From Promethearchaeota archaeon (GTDB lineage Archaea > Asgardarchaeota > Lokiarchaeia > Sigyniarchaeales > SOKP01), in NCBI GenBank assembly GCA_019058295.1, contig JAHPZI010000008.1, positions 98,965-143,211 on the forward strand: a stretch of DNA of 44,247 nt, read 5' to 3'. The notes under the pieces are model-generated. The model was not told the origin of the DNA and made no database searches. It was given only the letters and a program-made list of their open reading frames with translations. Of the stretch, positions 18,201 through 28,581 are shown in pieces. Position 1 is the stretch's first letter, and every line of letters begins with the position of its first letter. Both the position numbers and the translations under genes were made by a program.

Positions 18201-18938
18201 CTATTTTCTGTATTCTGCAAGAATAGTCTTGTCTTTCAGTTCACAAATATTCCCAATTGAATATTTAAAATTATAATCCCTCCAATAAAAACAAACTTCT
18301 CCATTAATAGAAATACAAATAGTTTTGTTTCTAAATTTGTTTAATATTGTATATAACGGTTTGCTATTAAATGGAAATTTGCCCATAAGCGACCAACTAT
18401 ATTGTTTCCTAGCTTTATTCAACTTTACGTCTACTCTATCTTTAATTATCCCTTCTAATTTCTTAGATTCTTTTGAAAATGTGATTATTTTGATTTTATT
18501 GAACATATTTTTTTTTGAAAGAAGATTATAGAGGTTTTTCTCTACTTCCAAGAAATTATCTCTTCCTACATATTTCTTATAGTCCTTTCTATTTGCATAG
18601 AATAGTGAAAACCATAAATTTTTCAATCCAGCTCTCTGTAACTCCATCAATCTTTTATCATTAAGAAGTAGACCGTTCGTGCAAACCCATAATACACAAT
18701 TAGGTAAAGATAAAAGTTTAATATATTCCTCTAAATCATTATAAAGGAGAGGTTCGCCAATTAAATGAAAATAAATTGTAAACATAACATTAGGATTTGA
18801 TTTAACGAAGTCTACAACTCTATCCCTAACTTCCTCTTTAATGAAACCTTTTCTATTTACTAAATTTATAGGACAAAATTTACATTGACTATTACAATAA
18901 GAAGTAACTTCTGTATATATAGATATTCGTTTTGGCAT
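18201..18938 (-). CDS. radical SAM protein with degenerate twitch/SPASM-like tail
   Basis: CNSQCKFC, IGEPLL, CTNG; C-terminal ICISINGEVCF..D....IGNI. Confidence 0.8.
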   Translation of the reverse strand: MPKRISIYTEVTSYCNSQCKFCPINLVNRKGFIKEEVRDRVVDFVKSNPNVMFTIYFHLIGEPLLYNDLEEYIKLLSLPNCVLWVCTNGLLLNDKRLMELQRAGLKNLWFSLFYANRKDYKKYVGRDNFLEVEKNLYNLLSKKNMFNKIKIITFSKESKKLEGIIKDRVDVKLNKARKQYSWSLMGKFPFNSKPLYTILNKFRNKTICISINGEVCFYWRDYNFKYSIGNICELKDKTILAEYRK

Positions 18939-19109
18939 GATATCATTATTAGTTCTTTAAGAATAATTGAGTTAATTTATACTTATTTTTTTTAATTAAT
19001 TCACTATTAAATTTGGATTGTTTTAAATAGTTAAAATCTTTTTTTCTTTTTTTTATTGTTGTCTATACTAGTAATTTGTCAATAAATTTGTACTTTATTT
19101 TTACAGAAA

Positions 19110-20153
19110 TTATAAAATTTTTGTAATTTCATCAGTTTCTGAATATGCCATAGGACTAATTCTTCCATTTTTATCTTTGATATTTAAACCTTTATCTTTT
19201 TTGACAAATTTGCCAATCTTTACTGCTAATATCTCGTTTTTCTCAAGTAAATTAATCAATTCAGAAACATTATCACGTTTTTCTTCAATCGCAATTAGCA
19301 AGGTACCTGAAGATATTGTATTCATTGGATTTAATCCATATACTTCACTTAATTTTGTTGGTTCTAGTAAAATTTTAATTTTTTCTTGTTCTATTAAAAC
19401 CCCTGTTTTAGAAGCTATTGTCATTTCAGCGATACCACACGCCAGACCCCCTTCCGTAGGATCGTGAAAACTTTTAATTTTAAAATGGTTGCTAGCTAAA
19501 AGAGCATCTTTAAAAACACTTATTCCTGGATCGTAAAGGTAATTCTTGCATTTATCTATGAACTCAGAATTAAAACCCAAATCTTTTAATTCTCTTTCTT
19601 TTTCTCTTCCTATTATAGATGTTCCTTCGATAAAAATTCCTTTTGTTAAAATTAGGGCATCTCCTGGTTCTGCGCCTGATGTTAGCACGAGTTTATCTTT
19701 CTCAACTTCACCTAATAATGAGCCGATAACTATTGGCCGATCTAGATTTGGAGTTACTTCTGTATGACCCCCAATTACAGCAATATCCATAGATTTACAA
19801 GTATCGTGAATATTTTTAAAAATACTTTCAATTAATACTTCTGTAGTTAACTTTTCTGGTAATAATATTGACGATTGAAACCATTTTGGTTTTGCTCCCG
19901 TGCAAACTACATCATTGACATTTACATTTACGGCATAATATCCAATCTCATTTGTAGCAAATGTTATAGGATCTGTTTTCGCAACTAAGTAATTATCACC
20001 CATATCAATAACAGCAGCATCTTCTCCTATTTTTGACCCCATAATTACTCTTTTATCTTGAACCTCCAAATCTGAGACAAAATCCTTTAACATTCGCGCT
20101 AAGTATTCGTGCTTAAGCTTGCCAATAGAAAATTTTTTATCGTCAATTCTCAT
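19110..20153 (-). CDS. AIR synthase-related protein (PurM/HypE/ThiL/SelD superfamily)
   Basis: GKL, GEDAAV, TDPIT, VNDV, IGGHTEVT, HDPTEGG, DEI. Confidence 0.85.
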   Translation of the reverse strand: MRIDDKKFSIGKLKHEYLARMLKDFVSDLEVQDKRVIMGSKIGEDAAVIDMGDNYLVAKTDPITFATNEIGYYAVNVNVNDVVCTGAKPKWFQSSILLPEKLTTEVLIESIFKNIHDTCKSMDIAVIGGHTEVTPNLDRPIVIGSLLGEVEKDKLVLTSGAEPGDALILTKGIFIEGTSIIGREKERELKDLGFNSEFIDKCKNYLYDPGISVFKDALLASNHFKIKSFHDPTEGGLACGIAEMTIASKTGVLIEQEKIKILLEPTKLSEVYGLNPMNTISSGTLLIAIEEKRDNVSELINLLEKNEILAVKIGKFVKKDKGLNIKDKNGRISPMAYSETDEITKIL

Positions 20154-20241
20154 CGATTTATCATTATATTAAGAGAAAAATAGAATTTAAATTTATGAGG
20201 TAATAATTAAAAAAACCTTTAAGATAAAGGGTAAAATTAAT

Positions 20242-21555
20242 TTAGAAAAAACTTGTTATTAATTGAATTAAAAACCAAATTATTGCAAAGGCTCCTAATG
20301 CTATAACCAATAATAGCACTGGCAATATTTTAAATAGATAAAATTTAGCACTTATTGCATCGTTCGGACAGCTTTCGCCACAGCAAAAACATTCTATGCA
20401 TTTGTTTCTATCTACTAAAATCTTCTCATCTTTTCGAATTAATGCTTCTGCTGGACAATGCCTTACACATTCTTCACATAACAGACATTTTTTTCTCTTG
20501 ATTTTAATGGAAATACTCACTGCTTTTCTACGAATCTTGGAATATAGTCCCTTTTCTGGACCTGATGGATTTAAAAGAGAAGCAACTTTCGGTTTTTTGA
20601 AGTTTTTTACAATATATTTTTCAAAATTTGTTTCTCCTACGATTTCCAACTTAGTAATATCAACTGGAAGCTCAGTTCTATTTGCTAAAGAAGTGATAGC
20701 GTCTAGGTCGTTTGGATTTCCATTCATCAAAGTATATCCAATAATATCAACCGCAGCAGAGTTAAATCCAGCGATTAAGACACCAACCTTTCTTGGCTTT
20801 CCCGCTCTTGGTCCCTTGCCCTCCATGGCCATAACTCCATCCATTATTGTTAATACCTTTGGAAAATCTGTATTATTGGTCTCCTCAACAGCAAAATATA
20901 TGTCTGCTAACATTTTTTGAAAATCTTTCTTATTATTATGAGTCATATGCATATGCATCTTATTGCCTAAAAGACCGAAAAAATTCTTAATCGCGCCTGT
21001 ATAAACATAACCAGAATGAGTTTTTAACTTCGGTAAGTTTAGAATAATATCTGTATCAATTACTTCCTTTGGTAAATATACATTTTCTTCAATTTCATAG
21101 GTAGGGTTATGGAATATAACTTTAACTCTTTCAGATTCGAAAAAATTAATAAGATTTACACTTTCAGCTTCACATAATTCTCGAATATTACTCCTTTTGA
21201 AAGTTATACTCGTAAATTTTTTTGTTAAGGTCGAATCTCCAACAGAAATATTTTCAATATCGGTTTTTTTCTTTAAAATCAGTATTAATTCCCTTATTAA
21301 TTCGATTGGAGTAAATGCATTCTTAGTAGGTGCAAGAAAATTAGGTTTCAATAAAATAGATTTGTTATTGAAGAAATCTTTAATCGCTAATAATTCAAAA
21401 ATAGATTTTAGCGCATTTTTAATATTTTCAGGTTGATAATCGTCTAATTTGACAATTGCAACCTTATCCTTTAAATAATTAAATTTCTGGGGTAATTCCT
21501 TTCCCTTTATTTTATCAAATTGAACTTTTTCACTATTTGAACTATTACTTGCCAT
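20242..21555 (-). CDS. DUF362 protein with 2x[4Fe-4S] ferredoxin domain and C-terminal TM helix
   Basis: LLKPNFL, NLPKLKTH, GAIKNFFG, DGVMAMEGKGP; CLLCEECVRHCP and CIECFCCGESCP. Confidence 0.85.
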   Translation of the reverse strand: MASNSSNSEKVQFDKIKGKELPQKFNYLKDKVAIVKLDDYQPENIKNALKSIFELLAIKDFFNNKSILLKPNFLAPTKNAFTPIELIRELILILKKKTDIENISVGDSTLTKKFTSITFKRSNIRELCEAESVNLINFFESERVKVIFHNPTYEIEENVYLPKEVIDTDIILNLPKLKTHSGYVYTGAIKNFFGLLGNKMHMHMTHNNKKDFQKMLADIYFAVEETNNTDFPKVLTIMDGVMAMEGKGPRAGKPRKVGVLIAGFNSAAVDIIGYTLMNGNPNDLDAITSLANRTELPVDITKLEIVGETNFEKYIVKNFKKPKVASLLNPSGPEKGLYSKIRRKAVSISIKIKRKKCLLCEECVRHCPAEALIRKDEKILVDRNKCIECFCCGESCPNDAISAKFYLFKILPVLLLVIALGAFAIIWFLIQLITSFF

Positions 21556-21682
21556 AATTAAACAATTTGGGTTATAATTTTTAATTAATTAAGTAGTTTT
21601 AATTTAATATCTTCTGATTCCAAATAAAGCTTTTCCTTCATTTTTATAAAATGATAACTTAAGTTAGAACAGAAAAGTGAAA

Positions 21683-22381
21683 TTATTTATTTTTTCGTTC
21701 TTTCATTCTTTTCAGAGCTCTATTTTCTAAAAGCCTAGAGTATGCCTCCCATTTATCCGATTCACCAGGTTTTTTCTTATTAATGACAAATAAACACGTA
21801 TCTCCTCCAGCTGGAATAGTTTTCCTAAATTCCACTTGAAAATCAGAATCTAAAGTACTAGCATCTCTAAAAGCGTCAATGATTCCTTGTACTAAGTAGC
21901 GTTGCACACGGCAGTCGAAAGCCGAATATTCATCTTGGAGTGGACACCAAATAATATCGAAAGAGCATTGTTCGTCGTTATCAATCCGAGGGTCTTCAAT
22001 CGATGTCCATGCCTGAGTATTAACAATTGTGGTTAAAAAGCTAATTAATTCTATCGCTGAGATATCCGGGGGTATTTCAATATCTTTTACTATTTGTTTA
22101 CCCACATCATAGCCAGTTTTAATCAAAGCGTTATTGACCATTTTTTGACCTTCTACTCCAAATTCGGCTTCAGCCTCTTTTAATATATTAATGACTGCTT
22201 TTGCCATAAATAGACCGAATTGGAGTAGAGATGTTGGATCGAAATCGTCTCGCTCTAGCACTTCATCTCTAAATCGGTCTAAAGACTTTTTGAATGGTTC
22301 TCCTAATTTTGTCTTTTTCCAATTTGGTTCTTTACGATCTGCTCCTTTTAAGATACCTTCTGTTTTCATTTTACACTTCAA
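21683..22381 (-). CDS. ATC-hydrolase/V4R-like family protein (start possibly the second Met)
   Basis: FDIIWCPL..DC..GI..F.VEFRKTIPAGGDTC.F pattern. Confidence 0.6.
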   Translation of the reverse strand: MKCKMKTEGILKGADRKEPNWKKTKLGEPFKKSLDRFRDEVLERDDFDPTSLLQFGLFMAKAVINILKEAEAEFGVEGQKMVNNALIKTGYDVGKQIVKDIEIPPDISAIELISFLTTIVNTQAWTSIEDPRIDNDEQCSFDIIWCPLQDEYSAFDCRVQRYLVQGIIDAFRDASTLDSDFQVEFRKTIPAGGDTCLFVINKKKPGESDKWEAYSRLLENRALKRMKERKNK

Positions 22382-22450
22382 CTAAAATGTTAATTTTTAT
22401 ATTTTAAATTATTTATAATGTTATTTGGTAAATTAAATCTTGTATTTTCA

Positions 22451-24061
22451 TTAAAATCCAACTGCTTGACCGTCCTTACGAGGATCAGATGCTCCTAAAT
22501 AGCCATCTTCAAGCTTATAAATTAATTGAGAGCCGCCAAATTCCATAAAATGACCTTCTGAAACGTTATGTCCTTTTTGAATTAGGCTTTCAATTGTATT
22601 ATTCTTAAATCCAGTCTCTACACGAACTTTTAAACCTTCCATAACCTGCCAGCGTGGTGCATCTATAGCGGCTTGTGGATTTTGTCTATATTCAAATATC
22701 CGAATCATCATTTGAACATGACCTTGTGGCTGCATAGGCCCTCCCATTACACCGAAGCTAATGAGTGGCTTCCCTTTTTTGGTGACGAATGCAGGAATAA
22801 TTGTATGGAATGGTCGTTTGTTCGGTCCAACCTGATTAGGATGTCCTTCTTCTAATGTAAAACCATTTCCACGATTCTGAAGACTAATCCCTGTATTGGG
22901 CACTAAAATCCCTGAACCAAAACCGAAATAGTTTGACTGTATAAAAGAAACCATGAGACCCTCCTGATCAGCAGCAGTTAAATAAACTGTTCCGCCGTGT
23001 CTTGGTTTACCATGTTTTGGATCTTTTGCGTGGTTCAAATCGATAAGATTTGCTCTTCCATTCAGATAATCGTGATCAAGAATATCTTTTGGATCAAATT
23101 CTAAATAATCTGGATCTGAAATATAACGATGACCGTCCGCGAATGCCAGTTTCATAGCTTCGAGTTGTAAATGTATCGATTCAGCAGAATCAGATTGAAA
23201 GGAACTAATATCGAATTTCTTAAGAATTCCTAACATTATAAGAGCAATTAATCCTTGCCCATTAGGAGGTAATTCATGCAGAGTTATTCCCTTATAATCC
23301 ATAGTAAAAGTCTTTTCCCAAATTGGTTTATGTTTTTCAAGATCTTCAAGAGACATTAATCCACCTGTTTGTTTAGCATGACTGACGATTTTTTTTGCTA
23401 ATTCTCCGTGATAAAACGCCTCTCCTTCAGTTTCCGCAATAAGTTCTAAAGTTCGTGCTTGTGCAGGAAATTTAAATAATTGTCCTGGTTTAGGAGCTTT
23501 TCCATTAATAAGAAAAGACTCAGCTAATTGATTAAGCACTTGTTTTTCAGCTACAGAAGATTTTTTATAAAAACCTTTCATTACATTCCAGACTTGGGAG
23601 GTGATAGGTGATACTAAAAATCCATCCCTTGCATATTTAATAGCTGGTTCAAACAATTCTTTGAAATTTAACTGCCCATATTTTTTCCATAATTCAACCC
23701 AAGAAGATACTGCCCCTGGAACCGTAACAGTATCCCAACCTATTGTAGGCATAGTTTCATATTGCGAAAAATGTTCGGGTGTCCATGCTGCGGGAGATTT
23801 TCCTGATGCATTTAAACCAACAATCTTTTTTCCATCCCATAAAATAGCGAATGCATCACTACCTATACCATTCATCGTTGGTTCAACAACCGTAAGAGTT
23901 ATTGCGGATGCTAGAATGGCGTCTACAGCGTTGCCCCCCTTTAAAAGCATGCGTAAACCAGCTTGAGATGCTAATGGATGGGATGTTGCTACAATATTCT
24001 TGGCAAGAACAGGCATTCTGCGAGATGGATATGGAAAATTCCATCTAAAATCTCTACTCAT
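22451..24061 (-). CDS. ggt: gamma-glutamyltransferase family protein
   Basis: GGNAVDA, VVEP, VPGAV, ELPPNGQG, nucleophile Thr in GGTVYL, KRPFHTIIP, SDPRKDG. Confidence 0.92.
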   Translation of the reverse strand: MSRDFRWNFPYPSRRMPVLAKNIVATSHPLASQAGLRMLLKGGNAVDAILASAITLTVVEPTMNGIGSDAFAILWDGKKIVGLNASGKSPAAWTPEHFSQYETMPTIGWDTVTVPGAVSSWVELWKKYGQLNFKELFEPAIKYARDGFLVSPITSQVWNVMKGFYKKSSVAEKQVLNQLAESFLINGKAPKPGQLFKFPAQARTLELIAETEGEAFYHGELAKKIVSHAKQTGGLMSLEDLEKHKPIWEKTFTMDYKGITLHELPPNGQGLIALIMLGILKKFDISSFQSDSAESIHLQLEAMKLAFADGHRYISDPDYLEFDPKDILDHDYLNGRANLIDLNHAKDPKHGKPRHGGTVYLTAADQEGLMVSFIQSNYFGFGSGILVPNTGISLQNRGNGFTLEEGHPNQVGPNKRPFHTIIPAFVTKKGKPLISFGVMGGPMQPQGHVQMMIRIFEYRQNPQAAIDAPRWQVMEGLKVRVETGFKNNTIESLIQKGHNVSEGHFMEFGGSQLIYKLEDGYLGASDPRKDGQAVGF

Positions 24062-24074
24062 TCTAATTTATTCT

Positions 24075-25529
24075 CTATAATAATTCAATATTATGTGATT
24101 TTAAGTATTCTGCATAATCGCAAAATAGCGATATACTGTTTGCCGAATCCCTAAAAGATAAAAAATATAATTGTCTGTATTTGTTCAACAGTCTTCTTAC
24201 TTTATTAAAGCTTTTTGCTAATTCAATAGAGTCGGCCACAGAAGGTAAGCAAAATAAAAATGGTTTGTTTGACTGCTGTTGTATTTTTATCATTCTACTA
24301 AAAATCCAATTATACAAATGATGTGACCATAAAGGAATTACGATGATATCTATATTTGGATCCTGGACACAAACTTCAATACATTCTAAGAATATGTCCA
24401 TAACAAACCCAGAGGCTCCTAAATCGATTGGATTTTTAATGTTAACATTGACATTTGGTAAAATTTTAGCAACTTTTTCTTGAGAATCGGGTGTCAAATT
24501 TGGCACATTAAGATTATGAGCAGCAAATAAATCTGTCATATTTACCGAATTTCCACCGCCTGGTGTGATTATGCCACAGTTTCGTGAACGAGGCAAATAA
24601 TTGGGAAATAATAATTCAAAAGTTTTCATAGTATTCCAAAATTCTTCATTATCTTTTACTAAAGTTGCTCCTGTTTGTTTTGCCATAGCATTCCATAGGC
24701 GTAAATCTGAGGCTATAGCACCTGTATGTGAAAATGCCGCTTTAGAGCCGTCTTTGGTATAACCTCCTTTCCAGATAATTACAGGTTTAACTTGAGTTGT
24801 TTTTTTAAGTTCTAAAAAGAAATTGTGACCCTTAGCAGATCCAAATGATTCTAAATAAGCGGCTATAACCTTGGTTTTAGGATCTTGCTGAAAATGTCTT
24901 AAAAAATCTAAGCAATTTAAATCTATTTGATTTCCGAATGACACTCCATATCTGAATCTAATATCTCTTTTAAAACCAGTTTCTAAAAGCTGCGACAGAT
25001 GTCCGCCTGATTGAGACATGAAAGATACGGAACCTGGAATTCCACGTCTGGCAATTGATGATGAGAACATCAATCCATTTTTAGTAGAATAAGGACCTAA
25101 ACAATTAGGGCCAACTAACCTAGTATCAGAATCCTTAATAATTTCTATTAGCTCTTGTTCCATTTTTTTTCCTTCTAAATTTCCCGTTTCAGAAAATCCG
25201 GAAGCAAAAACGATAACCCATTTTATTCTTTTTTCCACGCATTCTTTAAGAACATGTGGAATAATATTAATTTTTAAAGAGATATATGCAGTATCAATAG
25301 GATAAGGTACATCTAAAACTGAATGATAACATTTCCATCCCATAATTTCATCTCGTTTTGGATTAATAGGGTAAAACGTATCAGAGTATTTTGATTCTTT
25401 AAATGCATTAAGATAGAGCATGGCTCCAAAAGTGGACTTTTCAGAAGCGCCTATAAAGGCAATATGTTTAGGATTAAAAACCGTGTCAAATTTTTTAAAT
25501 TCTGAAGTAACAATTTTATTCTTATCCAT
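24075..25529 (-). CDS. ADP-forming acyl-CoA synthetase alpha-like (CoA-binding) subunit
   Basis: FNPKHIAFIGAS, PINPK, SGFSE, GPNCLG, SQSGG, SFGNQID, phospho-His SHTGA, NPIDL. Confidence 0.87.
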   Translation of the reverse strand: MDKNKIVTSEFKKFDTVFNPKHIAFIGASEKSTFGAMLYLNAFKESKYSDTFYPINPKRDEIMGWKCYHSVLDVPYPIDTAYISLKINIIPHVLKECVEKRIKWVIVFASGFSETGNLEGKKMEQELIEIIKDSDTRLVGPNCLGPYSTKNGLMFSSSIARRGIPGSVSFMSQSGGHLSQLLETGFKRDIRFRYGVSFGNQIDLNCLDFLRHFQQDPKTKVIAAYLESFGSAKGHNFFLELKKTTQVKPVIIWKGGYTKDGSKAAFSHTGAIASDLRLWNAMAKQTGATLVKDNEEFWNTMKTFELLFPNYLPRSRNCGIITPGGGNSVNMTDLFAAHNLNVPNLTPDSQEKVAKILPNVNVNIKNPIDLGASGFVMDIFLECIEVCVQDPNIDIIVIPLWSHHLYNWIFSRMIKIQQQSNKPFLFCLPSVADSIELAKSFNKVRRLLNKYRQLYFLSFRDSANSISLFCDYAEYLKSHNIELL

Positions 25530-25731
25530 TATTTAAGAAAAAATTGGAATAATTTTATTTTTTATGAAATCCTTATTATAAGTAATTATTTATCTAAAGG
25601 TATTGAGGATTTTGTTTAAAAGTGTTGTTTAAATCTATTTTTATTGAAAAAAAACACCTATACAAATATTTAAAAAAAAAAATATTTTATATATAAAATG
25701 TAATAAATAGAAAAAAGTTTAGAAAGCGAAA

Positions 25732-26142
25732 TTGAAAGTACTTCAAGATATTTATATATTGACTAGTTCTGGTGTTGTGCTCTTCAATCGCGTTTTTGAT
25801 CCGCAAATAAAAACGCAGTTGTTTGGTGCTTTAATGAGTGCGCTAAACTCATTTGCAGAAAATCTTGCTGAGGGGGGATTATCTAATTTTGAACTATCCG
25901 ATAAAAGATTCGTTATAATGAAAAAAAATGACTTCCTCTACGTTGCAAACAGCTCTAAGAAAGTTAAGCCGAAAAGGGTGGTGGATCAGTTGGAAGTCGT
26001 GGCAAATAAATTCTTCGAGCTATATCCTGTAGAATGGTTTAAAAATGAATGGGACAATGAAGTATCAACTTTCGCGGATTTCGGTAAAGAAATCAAGGAT
26101 TTGATGGAGGATCCAGTCAAATCGTTCTGGGACAGCTTTTAG
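25732..26142 (+). CDS. single longin-like domain protein
   Basis: IYILTSSGVVLFNR..QLFGALMSALNSFAE..LSNFEL pattern; paralog of 38638..39033. Confidence 0.7.
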   Translation: MKVLQDIYILTSSGVVLFNRVFDPQIKTQLFGALMSALNSFAENLAEGGLSNFELSDKRFVIMKKNDFLYVANSSKKVKPKRVVDQLEVVANKFFELYPVEWFKNEWDNEVSTFADFGKEIKDLMEDPVKSFWDSF

Positions 26143-26240
26143 GGAGTTTAATTGTTTCTCGTTTAATTTTTTTTAGAAATACATTTTTTTATCTCACTGA
26201 ATATCTAGATAGCTTGTTGAATTTTTCATAATCCTCTTCT

Positions 26241-27383
26241 TTATTTTGTTTTAATTGATTCTAAAAGATAATCAGTAATATAACTACATTTTTTATCCAT
26301 TTGGGTTTTATAATTTATATATCTAAAATTAAATATACAAAGAGGACAAGAAGATACAATTTCTTTTGTCTGCATATCTTCAAATATTTTAGAACCAATT
26401 TTTATAGAAATACTACTGTCTACACCTCTTATCCCCGAACCGGCGCCACAACAAGGAGTTTTATCCCTATTTTTAGGCAACTCATTCACGATTGATTGAG
26501 TTTCATTTAAAAGAATTCTAGGCTCATCGTATAATTTCAGCCCTTTAAGCTTTCTACCCATACGACATGCATCATGATATGTAATTGTTCTATTTAGAGG
26601 ATTTTTTTTAAGGTTAATCCTTCCTTCCTTCACTAATTCATGGACTACATCCACGATGTGCTTCACATTTATATTATAGCCCTCAAGATATTTTGGATAT
26701 ACTTTATTGAAAGCATAGAGACACCCTCCACATGTTACAATTAGATTCTTAATCCCATATTTCTTAAAAATTCTAAAGTTTTCTTCAAAAGTCTTTATTG
26801 CTAATGTGAGATCTCCCGCAGAATAAATATATTCTCCACAACAAGGTTCATTTTCTAAAATTTTGAAATGATATCCTCCTTTTTTAAGAATTTCATAAGA
26901 AGCGCTAGCACTTTCCTTTACTCGGAATGAAGACATACAACCTAAAAATAGGAGGGTATCAGAATCTCCTTGCTCAAATAATTCAGAATCTTTATTTTCT
27001 GTAGATAACCAATCTAAGCGTTCTTCAGGATTACCATTAACAGAATTATCTTTATCTAAAATACCCTTGATTATTTTTTTATGAATCTCAAAGGGGGCTT
27101 TATTTTGATCAACAAGTTTTATTTTAGAGGCGTGAATTATGTCAGCAATAGGGATTCCTTGAGTACAAACTAGACTACAAGCACCACATAAGGTGCATGT
27201 ATATAAACTAATTATTTCTTCCTCCGAAATCTCTCTATTACTAAAAATTTTTTCGGCAATCTTTAAACGACCGTTAGGAGATTTTAGCTCATCTTGAGTA
27301 ACTGCGAATGTGTCGCATTCCTCGCGACATGTTTCACAATCTATACATGATTGAATATCTTCTAAAATTTTATTATTGTCCAT
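26241..27383 (-). CDS. HdrD/GlpC-like Fe-S oxidoreductase (2x[4Fe-4S] plus two CCG domains)
   Basis: CIDCETCREEC, CTLCGACSLVC, FLGC, EPCCG, TYHDACRMGR, CCGAGSG, SCPLC. Confidence 0.88.
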   Translation of the reverse strand: MDNNKILEDIQSCIDCETCREECDTFAVTQDELKSPNGRLKIAEKIFSNREISEEEIISLYTCTLCGACSLVCTQGIPIADIIHASKIKLVDQNKAPFEIHKKIIKGILDKDNSVNGNPEERLDWLSTENKDSELFEQGDSDTLLFLGCMSSFRVKESASASYEILKKGGYHFKILENEPCCGEYIYSAGDLTLAIKTFEENFRIFKKYGIKNLIVTCGGCLYAFNKVYPKYLEGYNINVKHIVDVVHELVKEGRINLKKNPLNRTITYHDACRMGRKLKGLKLYDEPRILLNETQSIVNELPKNRDKTPCCGAGSGIRGVDSSISIKIGSKIFEDMQTKEIVSSCPLCIFNFRYINYKTQMDKKCSYITDYLLESIKTK

Positions 27384-27771
27384 AATATATACATTCTAAA
27401 TATTGATAGTTTAGATAATAAATCAAAAGTAATTTAATAAATTCTTGAATTTAAACTTATAAAAGAAGATTGAGGAGGAATCAATAGAAGCGAAATATAA
27501 AACTAAAAGTATGGGTTCTATATTATGGGGATAAAATTGTTACCATTTAAATTAGGGGATATTATTTTTTGCTTATTAATTCCTTCCTCGATAATTGATA
27601 AGACTATATGATATTTAAAGTTATCATATGAATATTATCTATTTTCAAAGCAAAAATAAAAAGGACTTCAATAAAGAAGGGTTTATAAAATAATTAAACA
27701 ATTAAGAAATTAGATTTCAAACATTTAGAAAAATCCATAAGAGATAAAATCCAAAAAAAATTGCATAAATT

Positions 27772-28569
27772 GTGCCTAAGAAAGAATCTTCCCAAGTAAA
27801 GATTGAAGATGAGAAATCAAGAGAAGAAGACGAAGAAGCAGATAAAATCATTGAATTATTAAAAGATGATATATTAATTTTTGCTCAAAATTTGGTAAAG
27901 GAGTACGAAATAGGAGATTATATTGTCAGAGCAATAGATAATGTGAATTTAAGGATTAAAGAGGGAGAATTTCTTGTTATAAAAGGTCCTTCTGGTGCTG
28001 GAAAAACTACATTGTTAAATTTACTTGGCGGATTAGATTCTCCAAATAAAGGAACTATATACGGTCATGGCGTTAAATTTAGTGATATGGAGGAAGAATC
28101 GCTTGCAACTTTTAGACTAGTAAATTCAGGATTTATTTTTCAAAATTATAATCTCATCTCAACTTTGACAGCAGAGGAAAATATCATTTTTGTCTTAAGA
28201 ACTGCTGGAGTACATTTTAAGGAGGCAAGAAAGCGGGCTGTACATTTATTAAAAAAAGTAGGATTAGGTGAGCGCAGAGAACATTTACCATTTCAGCTCT
28301 CAGCTGGAGAGCAACAGCGTGTGGCAATTGCACGGGCATTGGCTAATGATCCACCTGTAATACTTGGAGATGAAATAACTGCAAATTTAGACAAAAAAAA
28401 TAGCGAATTTATAAGAGATTTATTTAAAGATTTGAAAAATTTAAGAAAGACAATTATATTAGCTACACACGACGATAGATTAATAGAATTAGCGGATAGG
28501 GTTATTTTCTTCGATGATGGGAAAATAATTAATGAAGAAAAGCCTAATACAACAACTATAAAAAAATAA
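27772..28569 (+). CDS. ABC transporter ATPase, LolD/MacB type
   Basis: GPSGAGKT, GFIFQNYNL, LSAGEQQRVAIARALANDP, ATHD. Confidence 0.92.
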   Translation: MPKKESSQVKIEDEKSREEDEEADKIIELLKDDILIFAQNLVKEYEIGDYIVRAIDNVNLRIKEGEFLVIKGPSGAGKTTLLNLLGGLDSPNKGTIYGHGVKFSDMEEESLATFRLVNSGFIFQNYNLISTLTAEENIIFVLRTAGVHFKEARKRAVHLLKKVGLGERREHLPFQLSAGEQQRVAIARALANDPPVILGDEITANLDKKNSEFIRDLFKDLKNLRKTIILATHDDRLIELADRVIFFDDGKIINEEKPNTTTIKK

Positions 28570-28581
28570 AGTAAAATAATA

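Noticed and set aside
19110-20153. Selenophosphate synthetase SelD or a selenoprotein system
   Set aside because: Lacks the N-terminal Cys/Sec-x-x-Lys motif; I found no convincing in-frame TGA readthrough in the genes I inspected.
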